From assembly GCF_963921235.1 (NCBI RefSeq), contig NC_086108.1, positions 96,970,001 through 97,034,000 of the forward strand: a stretch of 64,000 nucleotides of DNA, given 5' to 3'. Each line of letters begins with the position of its first letter. The first letter of the stretch is position 1. This DNA comes from Mobula hypostoma (Eukaryota). Shown here in pieces: positions 11,245-24,834 of this stretch. The notes under the pieces were generated by a model. The model was not told the origin of the DNA. It did not search any database and saw only the letters and a program-made list of their open reading frames with translations. A program made the position numbers and the translations under genes.

Positions 11245-13820
11245 TTCTGCTGGTGGAAATATATGTTGTTAGAAACCATTTACCCACATTTACAACAGCA
11301 TTTAAAAAAAACATTATGGGAATTGTATATAAGCCTCCAAGTTGTAGCCAAGATGTTGGGTTGAGATTGCAAAGGGAGCTGGAAAAGCCATGTAATAAGG
11401 GCAATGTCACAATTGTAATCGGGGGACTTCAACTTGCAAGGGGGTTGGGAAAACCAGGTTGGTGTCGGAGTGTAAGAGAGGGAATTTGTTGAATGTCTAC
11501 GAGGTAGCTTTTAGAGCAGCTTGTGCTTGAGCCTGCTAAGGGAAAGGTTACCTTAGATTGGGTGTTGTTTGATAATCCAGATCTTATTAGGGAGCTTAAC
11601 AAAAAGGAACCCTTAGGAGGCAGTGATCGTAACAGGATTGAATTCATACTGCAGTTTGAGAGTGAGAAGCATAAGTCATATGTTTCAGTATCGCAATGGA
11701 ATAAAGGGATTTACAGAGGCATGAGAGAGGAGCTTGCCCAGGTGGAGGAGGATACTGGCAGGGATGATGGCTGAAGTTTCTGGGAATAGTTCACAAGACG
11801 CAGGACAGATATATCCCATGGAAGAGGAGTTCTCAAATGGCAGGTGTAAGCAACTGTGGCTGATTATGGAAGTTAGGACTATATAAAAACCAAGGCAAGA
11901 GCATTTAAGGTAGAAAAAGTGAGTGGGAAGTCAAATGATTGGGAAGCTTTTAAAATCCAACAAAAGGCAACTAAAAATGCTGTAAGAAGGGAAAGGATGA
12001 AATATGAGGGCAAACTAACCAATAATATAAAGCAGGATACCAAAAGATTTTTTTTCTGTTTTATGAAGAGTAAAATGGAGGTAAGAGTTGATATTGGACC
12101 ACTGAAAATGATGCTAGTGAGGTAGTAATGGGGGACAAAGAAATGGCAGATGAACTTAATGAGTTCTTTACATCAGCCTTCACTTTGGAAGACATTAGCA
12201 GTGTGCCAGATGTCTGTGAGTGTCAGGGAGCAGGAGTAAGTGGCATTGCTATTACAAAGGAAAAATTGCTAGGCAGACTGAAGGGCTTTAAGGTGGATGT
12301 CAACTGGGCCAGATGAACTACACCCCAGAGTCCTGAGAGAGGTTGCTGAAGAGATAATGGATGCATTGGTCATGATCTTTCCAGAATCACTTGATTCTGG
12401 TATTGTCCCGGAGGACTGGAAAATTACAAATGTCACTTTAAGAAGGGTGGAAGGCAATAGAAAGGAAATTATAGGCCCGTTAGCCTAACCTTAGTGGCTG
12501 GGAAAGTGTTGGAGACCCATTATTAAGGATGAGGTTTCAGGGTACTTGGAGACTAATGATAAAATAAGTCAAAGTCAGCATGGTTTCTGTTAAGAGAAAT
12601 CTTGCCCGACAAAACTGTTAGAGTCCTTTGAGGAAGTAACAAGCAGGTGGACAAAGGAGAGGCAGTGGATGTCATTTACTTGGATTTTCAGAAGGCATTT
12701 GATAAGGTGCCACACAGGAGGCTGGTGAACAGGATAAAATCCTGTGGCATTACAAGAAAGGTACTGGCATGGATGGCAGGCAGGAGGCAGTGAGTGGGAA
12801 TAAAAGGGGCCTTTTCTGGTTGGCTGCCAGTGACTAGTGGTGTTCCTCAGGAGTCTGTATTGGGACCGCTGCTTTTCACATTGTTTGTCAATGATTTAGT
12901 TACTGAAATTGATGGCTTTGTGGCAGAGTCTGCGGATAATATGAAAATAGTCAGAGGGATAGGTAGCACTGAGAAAGCAATGCGATTGCAGTAGGACTTG
13001 GACAAATTGGAAGAATGGGCAAAAAAGTGGCAGATGGAATACAGTGGGAAATGTATGATAATACATTTTGGTAAAAGGAACAATAACGCGGTCTATTATC
13101 GAAATGGGGAGAAAATTGAACATCAGAGGTGCAGAGGGACTTAGGAGTCCTCGTGTAAGACTCCCAGAGGTTAATTTACAGGTCGAGTCTGTGGTAAAGA
13201 AGGCAAATGCAATGTTGGCATTTATTTCAAGGGGAATAGAATATAAAAACAAGGAGATAATGTTGAGGTTTTATAAGACACCAGTCAGGCTGCACTGGTG
13301 TGTTGTCAACAGTTTTGAGCCCCATATCTCAGAAAAGATGTGTTGTCATTGGAGAAAGTCCAGAGGAGGTTCATGAGGATGATTCTGGGAATGAAGGGGT
13401 TAACATATGAGGAGTATCTGACAGCTTTGGGCCTGTACTGACTGGAACTTAGAAGAATACGTGTGGATCTTATTGAAACCTACAGAATGTTGAAAGGACT
13501 AGATAATGTGGATGTTTCTTCTGGTGGGGGTATCCAGAACTAGAGGGCACAGCCTCAAAATTGAGGGCTGACCTTTTAGAACAGAAGTTTTTTTTTAGCC
13601 AAAGAGTGGTGAATCCGTGGAATGCTCTGTCATAGACTATGGTGGAGGCCAAGTCCGTGAGTATATTTAAGGTGGAAGCTGATTGTTTCCTGATTGATCA
13701 GGGCATCAAAGGATATGACAAGAAGGCAGGTGAATGGGGTTGAGTGGGATCTGGGACGAGCTATGATGGAATGGCAGATGGGCTGAATGGCCTAATTCTG
13801 CTCCGATGTCTTAATGGCTT
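11245..13820 (+). mobile_element. Degenerate CR1 LINE ORF2 (endonuclease end, RT, 3' UTR)
   Basis: Frameshifted pieces: GIVYKPP, TLDWVLFDNPDLI..GGSDRNRIEF, GPDELHPRVLRE, VTSGVPQESVLGPLLF, ANAMLAFISRGIEYK. Confidence 0.92.
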
Positions 13821-13949
13821 TATATTCACTTACTAATGGCAACCACTTTTGTATTCACTTACTTTGTTATTTATTTTATTAAATATATCTTTGTTAAAGT
13901 GAGTCAACTGCCCTTTATACTCTCCATAAATTAGTCTGGAAGAAATTAC

Positions 13950-14485
13950 ACTAAAGACTCTCGCAAATTTCTATAGTTGTACCATGGACAGCGTTCTTAC
14001 TGGCTGCGTCACCATCTGGTATTGGGAGTGGGTGGGAGGGGAGGGCTACTGCACAGGAACGAAAGAAAGTTGTGAACTTAGTCAGCTCCATCACAGGTAC
14101 CAGCCTCCTCAGCAACCCGGACATCTTCAAGGAGCAATGCTTCAAAAAGGCGGTGTCTGTCATTGAGGACCCCCATCACTCAGGACATGCCCTCTTCTTT
14201 TTGCTACCATCAGGGAGGAGGTAGAGCAGCCTGCAGGCGAACAACCATTGATTCTAGAAGGGCTTCTTCCCCTCTGTCATCCGATTTCTGAATGACATTG
14301 AACTCATGAACACTGCCTCTGCACTTTTTCCTGCACTACTTATATGTATATTTAAAAATTAAATTATATATAAAAATATTGTATAATTCACAGTTTTATT
14401 ACTATGTATTGCAATGTACTGCTGCCACATCACAACAAATTTCATGACATATGCTGGTGATGTTAAACCTGATTCTGATTCTGAA
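13950..14485 (+). mobile_element. Rex1/Babar-type LINE 3' fragment
   Basis: MDSVLTGCVTIWY and DPHHSGHALF..LPSG motifs; tail ending AAACCTGATTCTGATTCTGA. Confidence 0.7.
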
Positions 14486-15276
14486 ATGATTTAACAATTA
14501 AAGTCTATCCTGATACATTTTTGAAGAGGGTGTGGAAGAATGTTGGGACAGATCCGTATGGAATCCGCTGGTCATAGCTATTACCCAGTCACAAAAGGTA
14601 AGTTTCTGAAACCTGGGTAAGACTGGCCCGGCAGAGTTTATTTATCGTTGCTAGTTACCCTAGGGTGTTGGAGTCACCCATGTAGTGTGGGACTAGAATA
14701 CGTCAATGTTAGTGACGCTGTATGTCCTTTTGGCTTCCGCTGCTTGTGATTTATCTGGCTGAGCTCAGCACAGGGATGAGGGAATCCTGTGCCGCTGGTT
14801 CCCACTCCAGAAACGCCTCTGTTGAGCCACCACATCCATCTTACTCCTTGGCCTTTGTCTGAGGCTGAATGCAACTGTTCATAACCTCTGTCTCCTATGT
14901 GACCCCGAGATGAACTTGTATCCTCAGAGCAACAAGTTACTGATGTCCTTTGCACCATCTGTCTTAATGTTGGTCGTGTGAAATTCAGTGCAATAATGCT
15001 GTTGTGAGACTTTCCTCTTCATTGCTGGACGGTTGTTGTGCAGAAGCTCTCTGTACATATTATGATATCATTCCTCACTGTAACAGTGACATTACTTATG
15101 TAGTTATAAAGTACAGCAGGATATCCCAGTGTTGTAGAAGGCACAATGGAGAGATATATATATATAAAATGATTGGAACACCTGAAACTCTTGGGTTCAA
15201 AAACATTTTCCTAAAGATCATCTTACCCTGAAATTCCAAGTAAGAGTTAGAAACAAGTCTTCACAGGAGGCAAATG

Positions 15277-15278
<2 letters not shown>

Positions 15279-15312
<34 letters not shown>
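15279..15312 (+). repeat. (GT)n microsatellite
   Basis: Direct reading. Confidence 0.95.
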
Positions 15313-15314
<2 letters not shown>

Positions 15315-15412
15315 CGGGGTGGCAGAATTAGTGACGATCCAGATTCCATGGGCAGAGTTGTCAACTCCGCCTCTTTTCTGGTAAAACTAGGAGATTGCGC
15401 ACCAGTAAAAAT

Positions 15413-16600
15413 GCTATTCCCAGTTCCCAGGATCTGCTCCCAGGATGAGGCTTTCCGCTCCAGGATATCTCAAACATCCTCTTTCTTTAAGGATCATGGT
15501 TTCCCTTCTGCCGTCGTCAATGGTGCCCTTACCCGCATCTCCTCCATTTCCCGCATTTTGGCACTCACTCCATCCACCCATCACCACAACAGGGACAGAG
15601 TTCCCCTTGTCCTCACCTACCACCCCACCAGCCTCTGGATCCAGCACATTATCCTCCGCAACTTCCGCCACCTTCAACAGGACCCCACCACTAAGCACAT
15701 CATTCCCTCTCTACCCCTCTCCACTTTCCGCTGGGATTGTTCCCTCCGCGACTCCCTGGTCCACACGTCCCTCCCCACGGATCTCCCACCCGGCACTTAT
15801 TCCTGCAAGCATGAGTGCTACACCTGTCCCTACACCTCCTCTCTTGCCACCATTCAGTGCCCCAAACAGTCCTTCCAGGTGAGGCAACACTTCACTTGTG
15901 AGTCTATTGGGGTCATCTATTGCATCCGGTGCTCCCGGTGCGGCGGCCTCTACATCGGTGAAACCTGACGCAGATTGGGGGACCACTTCGTCGAGCACTT
16001 ACGCTCTGTCCGCCACAACAGACAGGATTTCCCAGTAGCCACCCACTTCAACTCTGCTTCCCACTCCCATTCAGATATGTCCATACATGGCCTCCTCTAC
16101 TGCCATGATGAGGCTAAACTCAGGTTGGAGCAGCAACACCTCATATACCGTCTAGGTAGTCTTCAGCCCCTTGGTATGAACATAGAATTCTCCAACTTCT
16201 GGTAATTCTCTCCCCCTCCCTTCCCCTATCCCAATTTCACTCTATCCCCTCCCCCAGCTGTCTACTACCTCCCTCATGGTTCAGCCTCCTTCTACTACCC
16301 ATTGTGCTTTCCCCTATTCCTTCTTCACCTTTCCTGCCTATCCCCTCCCTGCTTCCTCTCCCCCACCCCTTTATCTTTCCCCTTACTGGTTTTTCACCTG
16401 GAACCTACCAGCCTTCTCCTTCCCACCCTCCCCCCACCTTCTTTATAGGGCCCCTGCCCCCTCCCTCTTCAGTCCTGATGAAGGGTCTCAGCCCAAAATG
16501 TTGACTGTTCGTTTCCATGGATGCTGCCCGACCTGCTGAGTTCCTCCAGCGTGTTGTGCGTGTTGCTTTGACCCCAGTATCTACAGAATATTTTGTGTGC
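15413..16600 (+). mobile_element. 5'-truncated Penelope-like element: RT C-terminus, GIY-YIG endonuclease (premature stop), terminal repeat
   Basis: RVPLVLTYHP...CYTCPY...GVIYCIRCSRCGGLYIGET*RRLGDHFVEH...HFN..SH...EQQHLIYRLGSLQPLGMN; TGA at 15966-15968 where the 32.8-kb copy has Arg; decayed hammerhead at 16470-16507. Confidence 0.92.
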
Positions 16601-17044
16601 ATGCACCAGTTAACCAGCCCTTTGTGTTTTAGCCCATTATTGGCACTAACTTCAATCAGGAGACTGCTCAGATACCCTGTCATCTCTCATCTTCCCAGAT
16701 ATATAGTCCATCATGCCTAATTTTCCTTTGCACGGTCCTTCCACGGTTGGGGACTGCCCACTGTTCACCCAGACTGAAGTTACAGTAATTTTCATTGCTT
16801 CAATGCTGAAATCGAGGCCTAAACTCTTCCCTTATTTTGTGAGTTAAATAAAATCCTGTCTTAGGTGACTTTTTATCCAGTAATCTCTACAAAGCAGAGT
16901 TTTAATCCTAAATGAAATGCCCAGTTAAAGTTAAAATCAATCCCACAAGCCAGGGAGACGAAAGTGAGATTAATTTTTTGAATTCTGTGCTCAATGCATA
17001 GTGGTGCTGAATGAAGGGGAAGTTAACATTAAAAATGAGAAGTA

Positions 17045-17399
17045 CACTCAGTGACCACTTTAATTAGATACAGTACCTCCTGTAGGCATTTTCATCTGCA
17101 GAGCTGCCACTCACTGGGTGTGTTTTATCTGTTGCACCAATCTCTGTAAACTTTACAGATTATCATACGTGAAAATCCCAGGAGATCAGTAGTTTCTGAG
17201 ATATTCAAACTACCCCATCTGGCATCAACAATCATTCCACAATCAAAGTCACTTAGATTATATTTCTTTCCCATTCTTTCCCAGCTGAGCCTCTTGACCA
17301 TGTCTGCATGCTTTTATGCATTGAGCTGCTGACACTTGATTGGCTGATTAGAGATCTACATTAATGAGTTGCTGTACCTAATCAAGTGGGCACTGAGTG
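17045..17399. mobile_element. Tc1/mariner non-autonomous element
   Basis: TIRs CACTCAGTGACCACTTTAATTAG / CTAATCAAGTGGGCACTGAGTG, flanked by TA on both sides; paralog at 51656-52180. Confidence 0.88.
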
Positions 17400-17807
17400 T
17401 ATGTCATAGCTATCTTATGGCCAGCATCAGGTTCTTTTAATGCTTGTCATTTCCATGATCAATGTCAGTGATATACAATTAAGAAGTAAACCAGACTGGT
17501 TCAATCATAACATTGTCATTGAAGTTTGAAGCAAACTTCTAGGGAGAGCAACTTTAAAATAAATGCATGTGAAGTATACATCTGCACTTATCAATTATAT
17601 TTCATTTTCGTATATAATAATTAGTTCTGTTTGTTTAGGTGTCCTATATTTCTGTTCTTGGAAACCAGCTGTGTGGAATTTGGAACATTTTTATTGGTTA
17701 AACAATACAATTAGACAAAGGAAACCTGCTTTATATTTTTATGACAAATGCTATTATTTATCAATCCATATCATGGTTCCCCATTATAATCTTGTGGGAC
17801 CCACAAG

Positions 17808-18152
17808 CAATGTTCCCCCTAACTCTTAATGACCAGTGTGTGGAAAAATCTTGTGCTGAGCAATTTTTTGCCCAGTGACGACAACATTTGTGCTCTGAAT
17901 AATTTCTTCAACAAAAAGAGTATAAATAAGCCAGTTCTAAAATCTGCAGACAAATCATTGCAAACTCCACGTTGTTGACACCATCTGCATCAGAAGCAAG
18001 TAAAGGAAATGTGACTGTGTACGATCATGAAATATACTTAACATGACAACAAGGTAGAGGGCAACAACCTTTTGCGCACAGTTTAAATTCCTTTGTGCAC
18101 AAGTAACAAAAGGTGTGTGTGTACACACGTGCTCACCTTGGAGGGGATATTG
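17808..18152 (-). mobile_element. hAT MITE (internal-deletion derivative of the 44172-44956 element)
   Basis: TIRs CAATGTTCCCCCTAA / TTGGAGGGGATATTG; degenerate 8-bp TSD CCCACAAG/TCTACAAA; the body is the reverse complement of both ends of the 44.2-kb element. Confidence 0.85.
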
Positions 18153-18439
18153 TCTACAAACAGCTATAATGACGGTATAAGACACAACTCAAAAACAAAA
18201 TATGTGCCAATCAAGTAAATATTACACTCTCATTGTAACTATAGACCTAAATCCAGGAATGGAAAATAAAACTTCATAAATAATGAATCTTCTGTTTACT
18301 AAAGGTGCATCTTAAATACAGTAACATGAAAATTGACCTTGGCAGAATTGTTTGGAAGTTTGTAGTTTAATGAACCTATAGCTAGTGAATTTAAGTTATT
18401 ACAACATATTAAAAATCTAAGGTATAAATTAGAAAATGA

Positions 18440-18730
18440 AAAAGATTAGCTTTATTTGTAACCTGTACATCGAAACATACAACGAAGTGTATTGTTGGCG
18501 CCAACAAGTAAAGCAGTCTGCGGCCAGCCTGCAAATATTGCCGTGTCTAGTATGCCTGTAAACCGTAAACCCATACAAAGTCATACATCTTTGGAATGTG
18601 GGAGGAAACTGGAGCACCTGGAGGAAACCTACCTGGTCACCAAGTGAATATACTAACTCCTTACAGACAGTGGTGGGAATTGAACCTGGATCGCTGGCAC
18701 TGTAAAGAATTATGCTAACTGCTACACTGC
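18440..18730 (-). mobile_element. V-SINE variant with an alternative tail
   Basis: Reverse-complement V-domain GTGGGAGGAAACTGGAGCACCTGGAGGAAACC and B-box GGAATTGAACC. Confidence 0.75.
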
Positions 18731-19039
18731 ATGCATTTGAACAGAACATGATTTATTCTGTGACGTACAACACAGTTTGGAAGAGATTTTTTGTTTTTTT
18801 TCTCTCGAAACTTCTCTACTACGTTGCAGCCTGAAGTTGGATCCAAAGGCATCAATTTTGTTTTTTCACTTCAGTCATGCTGGTGTTCCGAAAGGAAAAC
18901 ATGTACTATACAGCATATCTCAAAAAGTCTCCTTTTTATAAATTATGTAGTTTGCACTGAAGTCACTACTGAAACACAACATCTGATTTGTGTGCAACAC
19001 ACTTTCATAAACGTCCAAGAGGACAACAACTTTTCTGTA

Positions 19040-19308
19040 GTGGTTGGAGGCTTGTATATGATCTGGAGAGTTGTGCTGGCTGGAGTCAGAGCTTTATGCT
19101 TTGCCTCTTGGTAGGGTCACCCGTACCAAACAGTCAAAGGGTGGAGTCAAACCTCCAGGTTTGGGGTTCAGCATAGGGCTAACAACCCTGACTGGTAAAA
19201 CAAAATAGTTATGGAAACAGCAATGAAGAAAACCAAGAGGAAGCTACTGACATGAGGAGGAGAGGCCTAAGCAGCAGCACCTTCATTGCTGCCCTGAACA
19301 CCAGATGG
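19040..19308 (+). mobile_element. Probable RTE-derived non-autonomous element
   Basis: GGGCTAACAACCCTGACTGGTAAAA resembles RTE 5' UTRs and is joined to a TTCATTGCTGCCCT 3' end; recognised from memory of the family. Confidence 0.45.
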
Positions 19309-19309
19309 A

Positions 19310-22270
19310 ATACAGTGTAGGAAAGTGTATGGCCATGCACTTTGATAGAAAGGATGAAGGCAGAGACTATTTTCTAAATGGGGGGAAAAAACTCAAAAAT
19401 CAGAAGTGGAAAGGGACTTGGAAGTCCCTGTGCAGGATTCCCTAAAGGTTAACTTGCAGGCTGAGTTGAGAAGGCAAATGCAATGTTAGCATTCATTTCA
19501 AGAGGGCTAGAATATAAAAGAAATGATATAAATGTCACAAAAGTTGGGGGTGTTGTGGATAATCTGGAGCATTGTCGGAGGTCACAGCGTGACATCGATA
19601 GGATGAACTGGGCTGCGAAGTGGCAGATCAAGTCAAGTCAAGTCACTTTTTATTGTCATTTTGACCATAACTGCTGGTACAGAACACAGTAAAAATGAGA
19701 CAATGTTTTTCAGGACCATGGTGCTACATGAACATTACAAAAACTACACTGAATTACGTAAAACAACGCAAAACAACACTAGACTACAGACCTACCCAGG
19801 ACTGCATAAAGTGCACAAAACAGTGCAGGCATTACAATAAAAAATAAACAAGACAATAGGCACAGTAGAGAGCAGTAGGTTGGTGTCAGTCCAGGCTCTG
19901 GGTATTGAGAAGTCTGATGACTTGGGGGAAGAAACTGTTACATCGTCTGGTTGTGAGAGCCCAAATGCTTCAGTGCCTTTTTCCAGATGGCAGGAGGGAG
20001 AAGAGTTTGTATGAGGGGTGCGTGGGGTCCTTCATAATGCTGTTTGCTTTACAGATGCAGCGTGTGGTGTAAATGTCTGTAATGGCGGGAAGAGAGACCC
20101 TGATGATCTTCTCAGCTGACCTCACTATCCGCTGCAGGGTCTTGAGATCCGAGATGGGGCAATTTCCGAACCAGGCAGTGATGCAGCTGCTCAGGATGCT
20201 CTCAATACATCCTCTGTAGAACATGGTGAGGATGGGGGGTGGGAGATGGACTTTTCTCAGCCCTCACAGAAAGTAGAATCGCTGCTGGGCTTTCTTTGCT
20301 ATGGAGCTGGTGTTCAGGGACCAGGTGAGATTCTCCACCAGGTGAACACCAAGAAATTTGGTGCTGTTAACTATCTCTACGGAGATGAAGTTCAATGCAG
20401 ATAAGTGTGAAGTGGTTCATTTCAGTAGATCAAATTTGAAGACAGAATATAATATTAATGGCAAGACTCTTGGCGATGTGGATGATCAGTGAGTTCTTGG
20501 GGTCCGTGTTCATAGGGCACTCAAAGCTGCTGCACAGGTTGACGGTGTTGTTAAGAAGGTGTATGGCGTGTTGGCCTTCAGCCATAGGATTGAGTTCAAG
20601 AGCCACGAGGTAATGTTACAGCTACATAAGGCCTTAGTTAGACCCCATGGAGCACTGTGTTCAATTCTGGTCACCTCACTACAGGAAGGATGTGGATACT
20701 ATAGAGAGAGTGCAGAGGAGATTTACAAGGATGTTACCTGGATTGGAGAGTATGCTTTATGAGAATAGGTTGAGTGAATTTGGCCTTGGAGTGATGGAGG
20801 GTGAGAGGTGACCTGATAGAGGTGTATAAGATGATGAGAGGCATTGATCGTGTGGATAGCCAGAGGCTTTTTCCCAGGGCTGAAATAGCTAACACAAGGG
20901 GACATAGTTTTAAGGTGCTTGGAAGTAGGTACAAAGGGGATGTCAGAGGTAAGTTTTTCCACAGAGTGGTGGATGCGTGGAATGCACTGCCAGTGAAGGT
21001 GGTAGAGGTAAATACAATAGGGTCTTTTAAGAGACTCTTAGATAGGTACATGGAGCCCTGAAAAATTGAGGGCTACTGTCTAGAGTAGGTTACATGGTCG
21101 GCACAACATTGTGGACCAAAGGGCCTGTTATATGCTGTAGAATTCTATGTTCTATGTAATGCTGAGACATTGGTCAGGCTACATTGGGGGTATTGTTTGC
21201 ATTTTTGGGCCCCTTATCTAAGAAAGGATATGCTTCCATTGGAGAGGGTTGAGAGGAAATTCACAGGAATGATCCTGGGAATGAAAGAGTTAATGTAAGA
21301 GGAGGCATTTGATGGCTCTGAGCCTACAATCATTGGAGTTGAGGAGAACGGGAGAGGAGGATTTCATTGAAATCTATAGAGTACTGAAAGGCCTACACAG
21401 AGTGGACATGGAGAGGATGTTTCCAATAATGGGAGAGTAGGACCAGAGGGCTCAGCCTTAGAACAGAAGGATATCCCTTTGGAACAGAGATGAGGAGACT
21501 TTTCTTCAGCCAGAGAATGGCAAATCTATGGAATTCCTTGCCACAAAACGCTGAGGAGGACAAGCCATCGGGTATATTTAAAGAGGATGTTGATAGGTTC
21601 TTGTTTAGTAAGGGCAAAAGTACTGGATTTGGTCCAGGCCATCATGGATAAAGCCTTTCCAACCATTGAAGAGGTCTACATGAAATGTAGTTGTATGTAA
21701 ACAGCATCCATTATCAGAGATCCTCACCACCCAGGCCATGCTCTTCTCTCGCTGCTGTCATTAGGTAAAGGTACAAGAGTGTCAGAACTTGAACCACCAG
21801 GTTAGGTACAGTTATTACCCTTCGAACATCAGGCTTTTGGACAGAAGGGGATGACTTCACTCAGCTTTAGTTGCCCCATCATTGAAATGTTCTTACAACC
21901 AATGGACTCACTTTCAATGACTCTTCATCTCATGTTCTCAATATTTATTGCTATTTATTTATACTTGCATTGACACAGTTTGTTTTCCTCGGCCTTCTGG
22001 CTGAACACCCTATTTGAGTGGTCTTTCGTTGATTCTGTTATAGTTACTATTCAATGGATTTGTTGAGTATGCCCACAAGAAAATAAATCTCTGGGTTGTA
22101 TATGGTGACATGTTTGTAATTTGATAATAAAATTTACTTTGGGCTTTGAGCATAATAGGTTACGAAGAGAAGGCAGAAGAATGGGGTTGAGAGGGAAAAT
22201 AGATCGGCCATGATTGAAAGGCAGAGCAGCTGTGATGGGCCAAATGGCCTGATTCTGTTCCTGTGTCTTG
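19310..22270 (+). mobile_element. Nested CR1 cluster: host CR1 split by a second CR1 (about 19525-21155) and a Rex1-type tail (about 21618-22150)
   Basis: Host CR1 breaks after ISRGLEYK (19520), resumes near 21157 and again near 22155; the inserted CR1 has MRGDLIEVYK..TRGHSFKV. Confidence 0.8.
19630..20383 (-). mobile_element. Rex1/Babar-type LINE 3' fragment with (GACTT)n tail, nested in CR1
   Basis: [24 protein letters not shown]...LQRIVRSAEKII...DPTHPSYKLFSLLPSGKR; CAAGT repeats near 19629-19643. Confidence 0.88.
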
Positions 22271-22799
22271 TGGTATTTTAAACTATTCAACCATCACCAG
22301 TGATCTCACTTTACTGACCTAGCCTTTGGAATAAGTCTTGTCTCTGATCTTCTACAGGAAACCTAGCGTAATGTTCCTTCCAGACGGGGGCATCTTGAGA
22401 CTGTGGAACATACCCTCAGCCCTGCATTATTGTGGCAGATCAAGTTTTCTGCTCAAATCTTTGGAATTGGAGCAAGTACCACATTTACAAGTTTGCTGGT
22501 GACACAACACTAGGTGAGAAACAGAGCAGGTCAAACGATATAAGGAAGTTTCAATGAAATATATATAAACTGAGTGAGTGGTTAAGAACTTGGCTGAGGT
22601 AACCTCATGTGTAAAAATGTGAAGCTACCCACCTTGCACAAAACAGAAAAGCATAGTATTTTAAAATGGTGAGTGATTGGATAATGTCGATGTCCAAAGA
22701 GATCTGGGTGTCCTTGAACACACATTACTGACGGTAATTAGAAAAATAAATATTATGTTGGCCTCTGTTACACAATTTGAATAGGACAGCATGATTTGA

Positions 22800-23060
22800 A
22801 TAGCGATCCCGCCCCTGTCTGTAAGGAATTTGTACGTTCTCCTCACAATTGTGTGAGTTTCCTCTGGGTGCTCTGGTTTCCTCCCATATTCCAAAGACAT
22901 ACAGGTTAGCAAGTTGTGGCTGTGCTGTGTTGGCACTGGAACCATGGCAACGCTTGTGGACTGTTCCAGAACATCTTTGAACTGTGTTGGTTGTTGACGC
23001 ATACAATGCATTTCACTGTGTGTTTAGATGTACATGTGACAAATAAAGCTAAACTTTATC
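22800..23060 (+). mobile_element. V-SINE variant with an alternative tail
   Basis: V-domain TTTCCTCTGGGTGCTCTGGTTTCCTCCCA; tail GTACATGTGACAAATAAAGCTAA. Confidence 0.75.
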
Positions 23061-23297
23061 TTCTTTATGAATATAGGAGTAAAGATGTCTTCCTGCAATT
23101 GTATGACAGCTTGGTGAGACTATGCTTGTAACAAAGGATGTACTTTACAATGTAGGAGTGTGGAATATCGAACAGCACAGCACAAGAGGAGGCCATTTGG
23201 CCCAGTATGTCTGTGCTGAACAAATTGAACTAAATCTCTTCTGTCTGTGTGTGACCTATATCCCTCCATTCCCTGCATATTCATGTGCTTGCCTAAT

Positions 23298-23670
23298 CAT
23301 CATCGTCATTATGTGCCATGTCTTATGACGTGGATGATCCTGGTCTCCTGACCACGATTGTTCTTGGCAATGTTTTCTACAGAAGTGGTTTGCCATTGCC
23401 GCCTTCTGGGCAGCGTCTTTACAAGATGGCTGACCCCAGTCATTACCAACACTCTTCAGAGTTTGCCTGCCTGGCGTCAGTGGTTGCATAACCAGGGCTT
23501 GTGATATGCACCAACTGCTCATATGACTATCCACCCCTGCTCCCATGGCTTCACGTGACCCTGATTGGGGGTCTAAGCAGATGCTATGCCTTGCGGAAGG
23601 GTGACCTGCAGGCAAGCAGAGGGACAAAGTCCCTTACTCGCCCTTTGGTAGAGACGTATCTCCACCCACC
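23298..23670 (-). mobile_element. RTE/BovB-tail non-autonomous element
   Basis: GAAGTGGTTTGCCATTGCC, the reverse complement of the GGCAATGGCAAACCACTTC motif of BovB/Sauria-SINE-type 3' ends; short (CAT)n tail. Confidence 0.65.
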
Positions 23671-24009
23671 TAAAGGCCTCCCAAGCACCATTATTGTATC
23701 TGTTTCCGTGACTACGCCTGGTGCCTGTTTGAGGTAGCTACCACTCTCTGTGAATAACTCTCCTTTAAACATTTCTCTCTCAGCTTAAAGCCGTGTCCTC
23801 CAGTATTTGACATTTCCACTCTGGGAAAACAACTGACTAAGATGGATTAGTGTTATTTGTCAGATGTGCATCGAAACATTGAAACATACAGTGAAATGCA
23901 TTGTTTGTGTCAATAACCATCACAGTCCAAGGATGTGCTGGGGAAATCACACAAACATGTTTCCAGCACCAATGTAGCTTGCCCACAATTTACTGATCCT
24001 AACCTAATG

Positions 24010-24600
24010 GTTTAATGGTTCCATTTAATATCAGAGAATGTATACAATACACAACCTGAAATTCTTGCTCTCCGCAGACATCCTCAAAACAGAAGGGAAA
24101 CCCCGAAGAATGAATGACAGAAAAAAGTCAACTCCCTAAATTCTCCTGCCCCCTTCCATGGACAAGCGGCAGTAGAAGTGCCAATGCTCCCCCTCCCCTT
24201 CCCCCTCCCCTTCCCCCTCCCCTTCCCCCTCCCCCACATATTCCAGCATAAACCATCAGCATTCCCATCCCCCACCATGCAAGCAACAGCAAAGCCCCCG
24301 AAGAGAGAGACCATATTCTACAGTACATCAAAAACTTACTGTTTATTCCAACAATTTGACATCCCTCAGACAGATATCACTCCTTTTGCAGTGAGAGGGA
24401 GACAAGCAGTCGCTGTTTTCGATGTTACATTCACAGTCTGAAAGTCAAAAAGCGACACGCTTTTTGACTTTGTTCCCCAACTGGAGTATAGGGAGGGAGG
24501 GAGGTATATATCACGATCACCCGATTGCAGAGACCTCTGGCAGCCCCTCTCGCTGTCCTGATGTACTGGCTCTCTGTGACTCCATCTCTCCGCTAAAGAT
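24010..24600 (-). mobile_element. Unclassified non-autonomous retroelement family (copy 1)
   Basis: Shares TCAGAGAA..TGTATACAAT..CCTGAAATTCTT..AAGAATGAATGACAG with 61470-61920; internal (CCCCTY)n tract. Confidence 0.6.
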
Positions 24601-24834
24601 GTATTTTGCGTGTAGAGGAAACGGGAGCAAACAGAGGAATCAGAATTAGGTTTATCACTGGCATCTGATGTGAAATTTGTTAACTTAGCAGCAGCAGTTC
24701 AATGCAATACATAATCTAGCAGAGAGAGAAAATAAAACATAATAAAATAAAATAAAACATAATAAATAAGCAAGTAAATCAATTATGTATACTGAATAGA
24801 TTATTTTAAAATGTGCAGAAACAGAAATACTGTA

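Noticed and set aside
14527..14597. Plus-strand segment ending in the strong donor AAG|gtaagt
   Set aside because: Weak acceptor, no partner exons, unrecognisable peptide
15279..15412. N-terminus MCVCVCV... of the 229-aa ORF
   Set aside because: A microsatellite and flank fused in frame to the PLE by chance
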